Shown: positions 1 to 13,344 of the stretch, piece by piece | How positions within the stretch are numbered: the first letter of the stretch is position 1 | How the letters are laid out: each line of letters starts with the position of its first letter | DNA from: Squalus acanthias | Taxonomy: Eukaryota | Reading direction: 5' to 3' | Assembly: GCA_030390025.1 (NCBI GenBank) | Contig: CM059431.1 | Coordinates: forward strand, 155,374,001 to 155,438,000 | Length of the DNA: 64,000 nt | Translations under genes and position numbers: made by a program | Notes under the pieces: generated by a model | Told to the model about the DNA's origin: nothing | The model's database searches: none | What the model saw: only the letters and a program-made list of their open reading frames with translations

Positions 1-540
1 TGTGAGGCAGTTTGGCTGAACTAGGAGGGTAGGGTTCACGATGTTGGGGCTCTAGAGTGAGTTCGGGGAGAAGGGAAGGGACGGCCGCAGTCTGAACCCA
101 CCAACAAAAACGGTTTTACAGAATAGGTGAATGGAGCAGTGGAAAGTGTATTAACTGATATGTCTGTAGGCTGGGAATCATACGCTTCTGAGACTAGAGA
201 GCGGAATTAATGAAACTGCAGGAGCTGAAACAGAATATTATTGAAATAGTGAAAAATTATTAGCAGGATAAAGGAAGGTTGTTTTCGAGTAGTGAGAGAT
301 GAGGTGATTTTGTGTTGAAACAAATTTAAAATAAAACAGGATAAACATTCCAAAGAATTGCATTTACGATTGACTGTTGTGCCTGTAAATGTACAAATCA
401 TTCCAAAGACATTTGGAAAGTCACAGGCATGAGAGATGTGATCAGTATCTATAGGACAGGGCCTGGGATTTCACTGCACTAAGAGCAATGTTCCTGGTCA
501 TAACATTTTGAGGAGAGAGAAATATAATTGTGGACGCCAG
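1..540 (+). mobile_element. Ancient degenerate CR1 LINE, ORF1 end to endonuclease start (copy 1)
   Basis: Remnant NVPGHNILRRE resembles the CR1 APE motif NIPGYxxFRxDR. Paralogous to 9720-10260 and 20910-21450. Confidence 0.55.
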
Positions 541-829
541 AATTAATAAATGGTTCAAGGACAGCGCTAGGAGAACAACAACCCACTTGGATTTCTACAG
601 CATCTTTAGATATTGGGACAGGTGACCAATATCTTCTTCAAAGAGGTAGGTTTTAAGGAGCATCTCAAACGAGGAGAGCGATGTTTTGAACAAAAGGATG
701 TTCCTTTGAGCTATATTAAGATAGAATCCTCGCATTTTAAAAGAAAATAGGGAAGAGGCGCTGGAGGCAATCTTTATTTGACGAATTTGATGCAGCTATT
801 CTGAGAGGTGTCTGTATAGATCTGATATA

Positions 830-1248
830 GAAAGCATCTATCTCCAGTTTACTTTCTGACCTACATTGGCTCACGATCCGGCAACACCTCAATTTAAAAA
901 TTCTCATCCCAGTTTTCAAATCCTTCCATGGCCTCGCCACTCCCTATCTATGTCACCTCCTCCAACACAAACCCTCGAGATCTCTGTGATCCTCCACTTC
1001 TGGCCCTTTGCGCACCCCCGAATGTAATCTCTCCGCCATTGGTGACCATGTCTTCCACTGCCATAAAGTCTGGAATCCCATCTCTCTCCTTTAAGACGTT
1101 CCTTAAAACCTACCTCTTTGGCCAATCTTTTCGTCATCTGTCCTAAAATGGGGCTCGGTGTAAAATATTGTATGATAACGCTTTAGCGAAGTTCCTGGGA
1201 ACATCTTACTACGTTAAAAAAAGCAATATAAATGAAAGCTGTTTTTGT
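830..1248 (+). mobile_element. L2 LINE 3' end fragment (paralogs at ~12765-13170 and ~23960-24370)
   Basis: L2 C-terminal remnant 'ctacattggctc...aaaattctcatcc...aaaacctacctcttt' and a tail ending '...atataaatgaaagctgtt'. Confidence 0.75.
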
Positions 1249-1307
1249 GGAGATTGTAATTTTGCGTCATCAACCCGATAAGTCGGGTATTTGGCTATTC
1301 AACACAG

Positions 1308-1403
1308 CCAGGATCTTTGATGTACGCTATCTCATTCGGAATCTGTCCCTGGAACCTGCAGATATTTTGCAGCACTTTCAGCTTGTCTGCAACCTTCTGC
1401 CAG
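1308..1403 (+). CDS. Putative internal coding exon X1 (96 nt, phase 1-1): RIFDVRYLIRNLSLEPADILQHFQLVCNLLP
   Basis: Acceptor 'tattcaacacag|' and GC-type donor 'CCAG|gcgagc'. Same length and open frame in all three paralogs. Confidence 0.4.
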
Positions 1404-1489
1404 GCGAGCTACAGTTCCATCCTGTGGGCTCCGTGCCCTAGAGTACTCTGCACGCACTCTTGTGCCAGACACTGTGCAATGCCATCCGT

Positions 1490-3885
1490 GGATTGTCAGT
1501 GTCGGGTTGGATAAGTGCAGTGTAGGACAGGGTGAGTGGGGTGTCGGAGTTGGGCTGGGTCAGTGGGGTGTCGGGGTTGGGCTGTGTCAGTGGGTTGTCC
1601 TTGTATGTCAGGGTATGTTGGATGTCGGTGTAGGGCTGGCTTAGTGGAGTGCCGGTGTAGGGCTGGGTCAGTGTGGTGTGGGTCTTGGGCAAGGTCAGTG
1701 GGGTGTCGCTGTTGGGTCAGTGAGGGTGTCGGTGTTGGGCTGGTTCAGTGAGGGTGTCGGTGTTGGGCTGTGTTAGTGGGGTGTCGGTGTAGGAATTGTT
1801 CCGTTGGGTTTCGGTGTAGGGCTTGGTCAGTGGAGTGCCGGTGTTGGAATGGGTCAGTGGGGTGTCAATGTTGGGTCAGGGGGGGGGGGGGGTGGTTCGG
1901 TGTTGTTCATTGTCACTGTGGATTCGGTATTGGGCTGGGTCAGAAGGTGTTGGTGTGGGGCAGGGTGAGTGGGGTGTCGGTGTAGGGCAGGGTCAGTGCT
2001 TTATCGATGTAAGGCTGGTTCAGTGGGATTTCGGTTTTGGGCTTGGTCAGTGGGGTGTCGGTGTTGGTTTGGGTCAGTGGGGTGTCGGTTCTGGGCCTGG
2101 TCACTGGGCTGTCGTTGTCGGGCTGTGTCAGTGGGTGTTCATTTAAGTCTGGGTAATGTGGCTTGTCGTTGTATGGCAGCGTCTGTTTGTTGTCGGTGTC
2201 GGGCTGGTTCTGTGGGGTGCCGGTGTAGGGCTCGGTCAGTGTTGTGTGGGTCTTGGGCAAGGTCAGTGTGGTGTCGCTGTTGGGTCAGTGAGGGTGTCGG
2301 TGTTGGGCTGTATTAGTGGGGTGTCGGTGTAGGACTTGTTCAGTGGGGTTTCGGTGTTGGGCTTGGTCAGTGGGGTGTCGGTGTTGGAATGGGTCAGTGG
2401 GGTGTCGGTGTTGGAATGGGTCAGTGTGGTGTCGGTGTTGGAATGTGTCAGTGGGGTGTCGGTTTTGGAGTGGGTCAGTGGGGTGTCGGTGTTGGAATGG
2501 GTCAGTGGTGTTTCGGTGTTGGAATGGGTCAGTGGGGTGTCGGTGTTGCATGGGTCAGTGGTGTGTCGGTGTCGGAATTGCTCAGTGGTGTGTCGGTGCA
2601 GGAATGGGTCAGTGGTGTGTCGGTGTTGGAATGGGATTTTTGGGTTGTCGGTGTTGGAATGGGTCCGTGGGGTGTCGGTGTTGGAATGTGTCATTGGGGT
2701 GTCGGTGTTGGAATGTGTCAGTGGGGTGTCGGTGTTGGAGTGCGTCAGTGGGGTGTCGGTGTTGGAATGGGTCAGTGGTGTGTCGGTGTTGGAATGGGTC
2801 AGTGGTGTGTCGGTGTTGGAATGGGTCAGTGGGGTTTCGGTGTTGGAATGGATCAGTGGTGTGTCGTTGTTGGAGTGGGTCAGTGGGGTGTCAGTGTTGG
2901 AATGGGTCAGTGGGGTCTCGGTGTTGGAATGGGTCAGTGGGGTGTCGGTTTTGGAATGGGTCAGTGGTGTGTCGGAGTTGGAATGGGTCAGTGGGGTGTC
3001 GGTGTTGGAATGGGTCAGTTGGGAGTCGGTGTTGGAATGTGTCAGTGGGGTGTCGGTGTTGGAATGGGTCAGTGGTGTGTCGGTGTTGGAATGGGTCAGT
3101 AGGGTGACGGTGTTGGGTCAGGCGGGGTGTCGGTGTTGTTCAGTTTCAGTGGGGTGTTTGTGTGGGGCTGGGTCACAACGGTGTTGGTGTGGGGCTGGGT
3201 CTGTAGGGTGTCGGTGTGGATCCGTTCCAGTGCGGTGTCGGTGTTGGGCAAAGTCAGTGGGGTTTCGGTGTTATGTCAGTGAGGGTGTCGGTGTTGGGCT
3301 GGGTAACTGAGGGTGTGAATTTTGGGCTGGGTCAGTGGAGAGTCGTTGTCGAGCTGGGGCAGAGGGATTTATGTGTTGAGCCGTGTCAGTGGAGTGTCTG
3401 TGTTTGTCTGGGTCAGTGGGGTGTCGGTGTAGGGCTGGGTCAGTGTGGTGTCGGTGTAGGGCTGGGTCAGTGGGGTGTCGGTGTAGGGCTGGGTCAGTGG
3501 GGTGTCGGTGTTGGGCTGGGTCAGTGGGGTGTCCGTGTTGAACTGTGTGAGTGGGGTGTTGGTGTAGGACTGTGTGAGTGGGATGTCGGTGTTGGGCTGG
3601 GTCAGTGGGGTGTCCGTGTTGGGCTGTGTGAGTGGGATGTCGGTGTTGGACTGTGTGAGTGGGATTTCAGTGTTGGGCTGGGTCAGTGGGGTGTCGGTGT
3701 TGGTCTGCGTCAGTGGGCTGTCGATGTTGGGCTGATCAGTGGGGTGCCAGTGCTGGGCTGGGTCAATGTGTTCTCGTTGTTGTTCTGGGTCAGTGAGGCT
3801 GTCAGTGTAGGGCTGCGTCAATGTGGTGTCGGTGTTGGGTATGATCAGTGGGTTTCGGTGTATGGCTGTGTCAGTGGACTGTCCG
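1490..3885. repeat. 27-bp G/T-rich minisatellite (gggtcagtggggtgtcggtgttgggct; variant ending ttggaat at ~2380-3110)
   Basis: Tandem unit read directly. Internal higher-order duplication 1600-1741 ~ 2168-2310. Accounts for all GQWGVGVG/SVGCRC/TDTPLT ORFs. Confidence 0.95.
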
Positions 3886-3959
3886 CGTTACAATACTCCA
3901 TTGCTCTGCATTGGGACGTTTTACTACATGAAAGGCGCTATACAAATACAGGTTATTGT

Positions 3960-6900
3960 TATAGTATAAAAATTCGCACCGTGCCACATACGGAGAAATT
4001 TGGGCCGATGACTAAAATCTTGGTCAAAGAGGTAGGTTTTTAGCAGCGAATTAAAGGAGGAAAGATAAGTAGAGAGGTAGCGAGGTTTAAGGAGTGATTT
4101 CCAGATTTAGGGCCTTGGGAATTGAAGTCACGGCCACCAATGGTTGAGCGATTATAATCAGGGATGCTGAAGAGGGCAGAATTATAAGAGCGCATTTATC
4201 TCGGGGAGGTGGGGTGCGGCTCAAGCTGGAAGAGATTAGTGGTAGGGAGGTGCGACGCCATGGAGGAAATTGAAAACAAGGGTGAGAATTTTGAAATCGA
4301 GGCGTTGCTTAAACGGCATCTAATTTCGATCAGTGAGCACAGTATGATGGGTCATTGGAATTGGTGCGAGTTAGGACACTGTCACCCGTGCTTTGGATGA
4401 CCTCTAGTTTACGTTGGGTAGATCGTGGGAGGCCAGCCAGGAGTGTGTTGGAATAGTCATTTCTAGAGGTAATATAGGCATGGATGATGGTTTCAGCAGC
4501 AGATGTGCTGATGTAGTGGCGGAGATGGACGATGTAATGGAGTTGGAAATATGCGGTCTTATTCATGCCACGGATATATGGAAGCTCATTTCAGGCTCAA
4601 ATATGACTCCTATGTTGCGAACAGTGTGGTTCGGACTCAGACAATTTTGAGACCGAAGAGTGATCGAGAGAAGTGTTGGTGAGGAAGAGTTGGGTGTGCA
4701 TGTGGAAACTGACGCTGTGTTCCTAAGATGTCGTCAAGGGGAAGCCTGTAGATTAGAAATAGCAGGGGGTCAAGTACAGATTATTGGGGGACACCAGAGA
4801 TAACGATGCGTGAGTGGGAAAAGAAGCCATTGCGTGTAATTCACTGGCTACGATGGGTAAGAATGGAACCAGGCGAATGAAGTCCCACCCAGCTGGACGA
4901 CGGTGGAAAGGCGTTGGAGGACTGTGGAGTGGTCAATCGTGTCAAAGGCTGCTGAGAAGTCGAGAAGGACGAGGAGGGATAGTTTGTCTCTGTCGCAGTC
5001 ACAAAGGATATCATTTGTGACTTCAATGAGAGCCGTTTCGGTTCACTGGCATGGGTGGAAACCTGATTGGAGGGATTCAAACATGAAGTTGCAGGAAAGA
5101 TGGTCATGGATTTGGAAGGCGACAACATGTTGAAGGACTTTGGAGTGGAAAGCGAGTTTGGAAATGGGGAGATAGTTTCCAAGGACGCAGGCGTCAATTT
5201 TTTTATTTGAGAGTTTGGTGATGGCGGCCGATTTGAAGGAGAGCGGGACAGCACCTGAGGAGAGAGAAGCGTTAACAATGTCAGCTAACAAAGGAGCCAG
5301 AAAAGGAAGTTGGGTAGTCAGCAGTTTGGTGGGAATAGGGTCGAGTGAGCAGGAAGTGTGTTTCATGGGCTAGATGAGCACTGAGAGATCAGTAGGGGAG
5401 ATCGGAGAGAAGCTGGAGAAAGATGCGAGTTCAGGGCAAGGGCAGGGGGTTCATTTGGGGAAGTTTGGCCCGTTGCGCTAGGGTAAGAAGAGAATTTGCA
5501 GAGGCAGCTGGACATACGTTCTCTATCTTAGAGATGAAGAAGTTCTTGAGCTCCTCACACTTGTTTTTGGAGGTGAGGGTGGAGGAGGAGGCAGAGGATA
5601 CGGGATTAAGAAGCTGCTTAGCAGTGGAGAATAGAAACTGGGGTTTAGCTGTTCATTCCAGAATGATTCTGGAATAGTGAACAATTGTGGCAGATGAAAG
5701 CAGCACCCGATAATGCTTTATGTAGTCCAGCCAGATCTGGCAGCGAATGGCTACACCAGTTCTCCGACATATCCGTGCAAGTCTGCGTCTCTCGGACTTA
5801 AGGGAGCGAAGTTGTGCGCCATACACGTTGGAACAGCCAGGGTGAGATAGTGTGATTGTTTAAATAGTGACTACGGCATCGAAGGTGATGGTGAGGGTGT
5901 GGTAGAGCAGATTGGTATCTGCAGAAATGTCACGGTGAATGGAGGGCCATTTTTGATTTCGTAAGTGCAGTTGTAAGATAGTTGGGAGAGATTTTTTTTC
6001 CTGGGGAGCAAACAGAATGAAGTAGGGTTGCGGAAGAAGAGGGATGTGGGTGGTGAGCGATACGTGGAAATGGTAATAGATGGTGTTATCTGCAATTGAC
6101 ACGATGGGATTAACGTGAGCACGAGAGATGGCAAGGTCGAAGTGGTGGCCGTGAATATGTGTTTGGGAGTTTACATGGAAGGAGAGATTAAGGGAGTTCG
6201 CAGGGCAGTGAACTCAGAGGAGAGGGAGCCTGAGGAATTGAGATGTATTTGAAATCACCGAAGATGAGAAGTCGCTCGGTGCAGGTGCCGAGGGTGGAAA
6301 GCAGTGAAGATATTCCGGTGATAAAATTATAATGGTACTTGGGTGTGCGATAGAGAACGAGAATTTAAGTGAAAGGTGAGAGTTGTGGAATAAGGTGAGA
6401 AGCTCAAAGGATGAGAAAGTGGCAGAGGAGTAGGGGGACAGATCAAGTTGTGATGTTGTACTGAGAGCCGCACTGCCGACATGGCTGTCTGGGCTGGGTA
6501 AGTGGTGAAAGGTATGGCCAGGATGGGAGTCTTCATTTAAGGCTAAGGCGTCATCACCCCTCAGCCAAGTTTCCGTCAGGGCCATGATGTCGATGCAATC
6601 AAACACGATAAGCTCACGGATGGCTAGGACCTTGTCCGCAAGAGAATGCATTCGGGAGGGAGAAGCGGAGAGGTTCGGTGATGCCTAACACACTGGAAGT
6701 GTGCACAGGGTCAGCGCTGGGACGGGAAGGAGATTGACAAGATTAGCCTCCAGCAGGCGGGCTGGGTGGTCGAGGTTGGCGGGAAAGTTGCTGCTCGTGA
6801 GGAGGCAGCAACGAGTGCTACTGTGGGCCTTATTTAAGAGGGAGTCAAGCCTGGGAACGCAGCTGGAGAGTAGTAAGGTCGAAGAGTAATGAACGGTTAG

Positions 6901-7080
6901 TGCAGAGATTTGGAAGGTCAGTGTATCCGATAGAGGAGAGATGAACGGGGGCAGGATGAGAAGAGACAGCCATCAGGGAGGGATTGAGATAAAAGGAAAA
7001 GGGGAGAAATAAAGAAGAAATAGAAGTGAACCTTTCGGGTCCGCAGCGCCAGCCAACATCCACACGGAAGGTCAGCGTGT
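3960..7080 (-). mobile_element. Near full-length degenerate L2 LINE (APE endonuclease plus RT)
   Basis: Minus-strand fragments DCIDIMALTETWL (APE), SCSLDPIPTKLL, FESLQSGF, and the C-terminal AETIIHAYITSRNDYSN. Many frameshifts. Abuts a plus-strand L2 tail at 3888-3960. Confidence 0.9.
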
Positions 7081-7286
7081 CTTATTGGTTGTCACTGGCC
7101 AGCTGTCTGTGTCACACCTGATGTGGAGTGTTGATTGTAACACTGGGGAAATGCTCGATCCCGGAGCTGACAGCTGTTGTACTGATGGTTGTGGAGGGAC
7201 TTCATGTAATTTTTTACAAGGCAACGTTCTCCATCTCATATTAATATTTCCATCTCATCCTCCTGTTAATATTATATTTATTACAG

Positions 7287-7388
7287 TGTGTAGGAATCTG
7301 GGCACGCCTGTCCACACTATGGCTGAAATTTCAGTTTCGATAGGAAATCATTTAATGGGACGGAGCCTGAGCAAGAGCAAGGACACAG
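7287..7388 (+). CDS. Putative coding exon Y1 (102 nt, phase 1-1): CRNLGTPVHTMAEISVSIGNHLMGRSLSKSKDT
   Basis: Acceptor 'atatttattacag|' and donor 'ACAG|gtaggt'. Same length, splice sites and open frame as 20181-20282. Confidence 0.6.
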
Positions 7389-7508
7389 GTAGGTTCAGAA
7401 AATTCTTTAACATATATTTTCTCTCCTGACCACTGGTCAAGTTCTCGTGCAAGAACCTGCACCTCCACAGGAAGAGGCAACAGGACAGGAGCTTTGTAGA
7501 AAGATAAC

Positions 7509-9209
7509 CTGCCGGAAATAAAAGGGGTCAGAGGATCTGGTAAGAGGGAGGAGCTGAGGGAAATGAAATTCTTATCAGTCGGGAAAAGGTATTGGGAAAA
7601 TTGATGGGACTGAAGGCTGAAAAATCCCCGGGGCCTGATGGTCTGCATCCCAGAGTACTTAAGGAGGTGGCCTTGGAAATAGTGGATGCATTGACGATCA
7701 TTTTCCAACATTCCTTAGACTCTGGATCAGTTCCGATGGAGTGGAGGGTGGCCAGTGTAATCCCTCTTTTTAAAAAAGGAGGGAGGGAGAAAGCAGGGAA
7801 TTATAGACCGTTCAGCCTGACATCGGTTGTGGGAAAAATGATGGAAGCAATTATTAAAGATGTCATAACAGACCATTTGGAAAGTGGCGACATGATAGAT
7901 CCAAGTCAGCATGGATTTGTGAAAGGGAAATCATGCTTGACAAATCTTCTGGAATTTTTTGAGGATGTTTCCAATAGGGTGGACAGGGGGGAACCAGTAG
8001 ATGTGATGTATTTGGACTTTCAGAAGGCCTTCGACAAGGTTCCACACAAGAGATTGGTGAGCAAAGTTAAAGCACATGGGATTGGGGGTAATGTGTTGAC
8101 GTGGATTGAGAACTGGTTGGCACACAGGAAACAAAGAGTAGGAGTAACTGGGTACTTTTCAGAATGGCAGGCAGTGACCAGCGGGGTACCGCAGGGTTCG
8201 GTGCTGGGACCCCAGCTGTTTACATTATATATTAATGATTTGGACGAAGGGATTAAATGTAATATCTCCAAATTTGCGGATGACACTAAATTGGGAGGCA
8301 GTGTGAACAATGAGGAGGATGCTAGGAGGCTACAGAGTGACTTGGACAGGTTGGGTGAATGGGCAAATGTATGGCAGATGAAGTACAATGTGGATAAATG
8401 TGAGGTTATCCACTTTGGTGGTAAAAATAGAGAGGCGGACTATTACCTGAATGGTGGCAGATTAGGGAAAGGGGAGGTGCAACGAGACCTGGGCATCATG
8501 GTACATCAGTCATTGAAGGTGGGAATGCAATTGCAGCAGGCAGTCAAGAAAGCAAACGGAATGATGGCCTTCATAGTAAGGGGATTTGAGTACAGGAGTA
8601 GGGAGGTCATGCTGCAGTTGTACAGGGCCTTGGTGAGGCCACAACTGGAGTATTGTGCGCAGTTTTGGTCTCCTAACTTAAGGAAGGACATTCTTGCTGT
8701 TGAGTGAGTGCAGCGAAGGTTCACTAGATTGATTCCTGGGATGGCCGGACTGACATATCAAGAAAGATTGGGTCAACTGAACTTGTATCCTCTGGAGTTC
8801 AGAAGAATGAGGGGGGATCTTATAGAGACATTTAAAATCCTGACTGGTTTAGACAAATTAGATGCGGGCAGAATGTTCCCAATGGTAGTGAAAACTAGAA
8901 CCAGGGGTCACAGTCTAAGAATTAAGGGGAAGCCATTTAGGACTGAGCTGAGGAGGAACTTCTTCACCCAGAGAGTGGTGAATCTATGGAATTCTCTTCC
9001 ACAGAAGGTTGTTGAAGCCAGTTCGCTAAATATATTCAAAAGGGAGTTAGATATAACACTCACAACTAGGGGGATCAAGGGGTATGGCGAGAAAGCAGGA
9101 ATGGGGTACTGAGGTAGCATGTTCAGCCATGAACGCATTGAATGGCGGTGCAGGCTCGAAGGACCGAATGGTCTACTCCTGTACCTATTTTCTATGTTTC
9201 TATGTTTCT
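7509..9209 (+). mobile_element. 5'-truncated young CR1 LINE (RT and 3' UTR)
   Basis: RT motifs [23 protein letters not shown] and KFADD. One stop at 8705-8707. (TTTCTATG)n tail. Candidate TSD ataac (7504-7508 / 9210-9214). Absent from the paralogous site at ~20400. Confidence 0.97.
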
Positions 9210-9239
9210 ATAACAGTGAGTGACCATCTAGAGAGGCAG

Positions 9240-12200
9240 CGTAGTCACGGGTGAATGGAGCCCCTGAGTAGTGGAACTGTCAAATAGATAGCTGGTATTG
9301 GGGACTGTAAGGTGGATAGAGACAGTGACTCAGAGAAGGGACATCCTGAGCAACAGTGTGGTTCCAGGGGGGAGAAGGCCACCCCGAGTTGGGTGATAGG
9401 CAGGTGGGGCACAGGAAAAGGAGATCAATAGTGGTGAGAAATTCTATAGTCAGGTGAATAGACAGAAGCGTCTGCAGCCATGAGCAGGACTCGAATGGTA
9501 AGATGCCTCGCTGATGCCAGAGGGAAGAACATAATGGTAAAGGTGGGGTCATCTCTGGAAGGAAAGGAGAGCAGAAATTATCCATGGTCGGAATCATTAC
9601 CACGGATATAAATACGTTTATAGAAGGAATATTGAGACTGAGGCACGAGACTAAATCAAGGTCTTAAGGTGGTGATTTCTGGATTGGTTTGCACTGGGCT
9701 GCTTAATGAGAGAAAAGTGAGACAGGGGAACGTGGGGCTGGTTGGCTAGAGTAGCAGGTAAGTGTTCACGTTGTTGGGGCATTCGAGTGAGTTCGGGGAG
9801 AAGGGAAGGGACGGCCGCGATCTGAACACAACAACAAAAACGGTTTTACAGAATAGGTGAATGGAGCAGTGGGAAGGGTATCAGCTGACATGACTGTGGG
9901 GTGTGAATTCACCGCTTCTGAAGCTAGAGAGCTGAATTAACAAAACTGTTGGAGCTGAAATAGAATATTTATGAAATAGTGAAACATTGGTAGCAGTATA
10001 AAGGAATGCTGTTTTCGAGTAGCGTGAGATGAATCAATTGGCATAAAAAAATGTAAAAAAAGGATCAAAATTACGTAGAATTGAATTTAGGATTGACTGT
10101 TGTGTCTGTAAATATACAAATCATTCCAAAGACATTTGGACAGTCAGAAGCACGAGATAGGTGATTTTTTATCTATAGGACAGGGCCTGAAATTTCACTG
10201 CACTAAGATAAATGTTCCTGGTCATAACATTTTGAGGAGAGAGAAAATTAATTATTAATGCCAGAATTAATAATGGGTTCCAGGACAGGGCTAGGAGGAC
10301 AACAAAACACTTGCATTTCTATGGCAGCTTTAACGTAGTAAAACGTCCCAAGGCGCTTCCCAGGAGCGTTATGAAACACAATGTGACACCGAACCACATA
10401 AGAAGATATTAGGACAGGTGACCTATATCTTCTTCAAAGAGGTAGGTTTTAAGCAGCGCCTCAAAGGAGGAGAGAGATGATTTGAACACGAGGATGTTCC
10501 TGGGAGCTATATTAAGATATAATCCACGCATTTTAAAAGAAAATAGAGAGGAGGCACTATTACACGTATTGAATAATTCGTTCGAAAAAATGTGTCATGC
10601 CAGAAGACTAGCGGATGGCTAACATTCTGTCTATATTTAAGAATGATGAAGAACATATCTAGGAAACTAATAAACAGTCAGCTTAACATCGGTGTCGGAA
10701 AAATAATGGAATCCGTACTAAAAGAGAAAATATAAAACATCTAGAATCCATAAATACAGAAATGAACAGTCAACATGGATTTCAAATGGGAAAGTCGTAC
10801 TTGACCAGCTTCATTGAATTCTTTGAAGAGGAACTGGAGAGAGTAGACAGAGGTGATGTAGTAGATGTAATATGTATAATTTGTTAAATGACTTAAGGTA
10901 ACACATAATAAATTAAAGAATACGGTGCTGCATGAGGAGTCGGGGGACAAGTAGCAGAATGGGTAGCGAGGTGGCTGCATGACAGAAATCAGAGAGTAGC
11001 GGTAAAGTGTAGCTTTTCAGAGTGGCAGAAGGTGGATAGTGGTGTTCCACGAGTATCAGTGCTGGGACTACTGTTGTTCACAATTTATATTAACGATTTA
11101 GACTTTGGAATCAAAAACAAAATTTATAAATTTGTGGACAGCACCAAATTGGGAGCGATAGTCAAAACTGAGGAGGATTGCAACAAATTACACGAAGACA
11201 TTAATAAACTTGCAGAATTTGCATTACATTGGCAAATTAATTTCAACCTAAATAAGTCTGGTGTATTGCATTTTGGTAAGAAAAGTAAGGAGGGCACATA
11301 TTACTTAGAAAATAGAATCTGTATGGGATACAGGAACAATGGGATCTCGGAGAACAAATACACAAATCATTAAAAGTCAATAATGCCATAACAAAAGCAA
11401 AGAAGCACTCGGGTTTATTTGTAGAGGGATAGAATTAAAATGGAGAGAAATTATGCCAAACTTTTCTCGCACCTTGTTTAGACCACACTTGCAGTACTGT
11501 GTATAGTTCTGGTCGCCATGTTATGGAAAAACGATATAGAGGCACTGCAGTAGGTGGGAAAAGGATTGACAAGGATGATACCAAAATTGCGAAGTTTTAC
11601 ATATCCGGAAATTTTGAACAGGCTAGGTCTCTTTTCTCCTGAAAAGACAGGGTTGCGGGGTGACCTAGTAGATGTCTTTAAAATTATGCAAAGTTTTGAT
11701 ACATTAGACAGATTGTTTCCACTTGTGGGGAAGAGCAAATCTAGAGGATTGCAATATAAAAATTCACCGAGAAATCAAATCGGGAATTCAGAAGAAACAT
11801 CTTTACCCAGAGAGAGGTGAGAATGTGGAACTCGCTACAAAAGGGAATGGTTGAAGCGAATAGTATAGATGCATTGAAGGGGAGGCTTGATAAGCTTATG
11901 AGGGAGAAGGGAATAGAGGGTTATGCTGATAGTTAGATGAGGAAGGATGGGAGGAGGCTTGAATGGAGCATAAATCGACTGGTTGGGCCAAATGGCCTGT
12001 TTCTGTGCTGTTTATTTGTAATTCTATGTAATGCATATGTACATACTTAAACAATAAGAAGGGAAATAGCAATGTTACCCCTAATTTTTTTTGGATGCTG
12101 CTCCCTTTAACGAGCTGCGGGGCCAATTCAGAATTAGGTGGTTCCAAATCTACCATAGAAAAACGGGTAAGCTATCTGTGCGGGATCTCCAGATAGCTGC

Positions 12201-12700
12201 GCGTCGTACAGCTTACCGGGAACGTTGCAGTGGAGGTGAGATAAAAGGGGTGCTGGGGGTACTCGTGGAGGGTGAAGTTTAGGGACGATAAAAAATATTT
12301 CCTTTGATGGTAGAAGTGAAGATTTTAATGTAATGGAGGAGGATGTAGGTCCATATCTAGAGATCACTGCAGAGGAGAATGTGGCTCTGAGAAAAATAGC
12401 TGAGGTGGATAAGTCACTGGGCCCAGAGACAATGCACCCCAGGCAGTTAAAGGAAATTAAAGGATAGATAAAAGGGTCTCTGAGAACAATTTCTCTATCC
12501 TCATATAATATCAGAAATGTACAGGTGGACTGAAAGATCCCAAACAATGTCTGTTAAAATGAGGAGAGTGGATCAGCCGGGTAACTACAGACCAAATCAA
12601 TTATTTGTGAGCAAGCTGTTCGAGTCTGTAATTCAAGTTGAATTAGTGAATATTTAGAGATATACGGGATGCTCGAACAGATTAGCTGTCAAAGTTGTAT
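9240..12700 (+). mobile_element. Ancient degenerate CR1 pieces (ORF1 esterase remnant, APE, RT, 3' UTR) with a minus-strand L2 tail at ~10300-10480
   Basis: Remnants SIVVRNSIVR (GDSIVR-like) and [22 protein letters not shown], with a 3' UTR at ~11940-12030. Paralogous to 20420-23890. Confidence 0.85.
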
Positions 12701-13227
12701 TTGACGATTTTGATGCAGCTTTACTGAGATGTGTCTGTTTAGATCTGATATAGAAAGCAGCGATCAACCGTGTGCTATCTGACCGACATTGGCTACTGAT
12801 CCAGCAGCACCTCGATTTAAAAATAATCAGCCTATTTTCAAATCCCTACATGGCATCGCCAGTCCCTCTCCCTGTCACCTCCACCAACACTAAACCCTCG
12901 AGATCTCTGCCATCCTCTAATTCAGTCGCTTGCGCACCCCCGATTTTAATCTCTCCGCCATTGGTGGCCATGCCTTCTACTGCCATAAAGTCTGAAATTC
13001 CCGCTCTCTCCTTTAAGGACCTCCTTAAAATCTACCTCTTTGACAAAGCTTTTGGTCACCTGTCGTAATATGTGGCTCAGTGTCAAGTTGTGTTTGATAA
13101 CGCACCTGCGAGTGCCTTGGAAAATCTTATTACGTTAAAATAGTTATATAAATTAAAGCTGTTGTTGTGGAGACTATAATCTTGCCTCATCAACCCGATA
13201 ATTAGGGTAATTGGCTATTCTACACAG

Positions 13228-13323
13228 CCAGGATCTTTACTATAAGGCATCTCATTCGGAATCAATCCCTGAATCCTGCAGATAATTTACAGCAAATTCA
13301 ATATGTCCGCAACCTTCCGCCAG
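13228..13323 (+). CDS. Putative internal coding exon X2 (96 nt, phase 1-1): RIFTIRHLIRNQSLNPADNLQQIQYVRNLPP
   Basis: Acceptor 'tattctacacag|' and donor 'CCAG|gcgagc'. An in-frame TAG lies just upstream of the acceptor, so the open frame is confined to the exon. Confidence 0.4.
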
Positions 13324-13344
13324 GCGAGCTACAGTGCCATCCTG

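Noticed and set aside
2380..3110. Regular short repeats that could suggest a CRISPR array
   Set aside because: The units are head-to-tail with no unique spacers, there are no cas genes, and the context is eukaryotic.
1438..4043. Long Gly/Val/Trp/Cys-rich or Thr/Asp/Pro-rich ORFs (up to 324 aa) resembling keratin-associated or mucin proteins; also at 24413-25262
   Set aside because: They are open in most frames only because the 27-bp unit is a multiple of 3 and poor in stop codons. Array length varies about tenfold between paralogs.
7592..8707. 371-aa RT ORF (and the 327-aa ORF at 52541) as domesticated genes
   Set aside because: Both are ordinary 5'-truncated LINE copies with tails and nearby stops.
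12060..12240. Conserved 'g|gtaagc' donor in a GC-richer patch (paralog at ~23370)
   Set aside because: There is no clear acceptor, and the copies differ by indels.
13252..13341. Minus-strand reading of X as a terminal exon (cccacag|DGTVARLAEGC...DSE*), open in all three copies
   Set aside because: No upstream minus-strand coding exon was found, and the plus-strand reading fits the phase and orientation of Y. It is not fully excluded.
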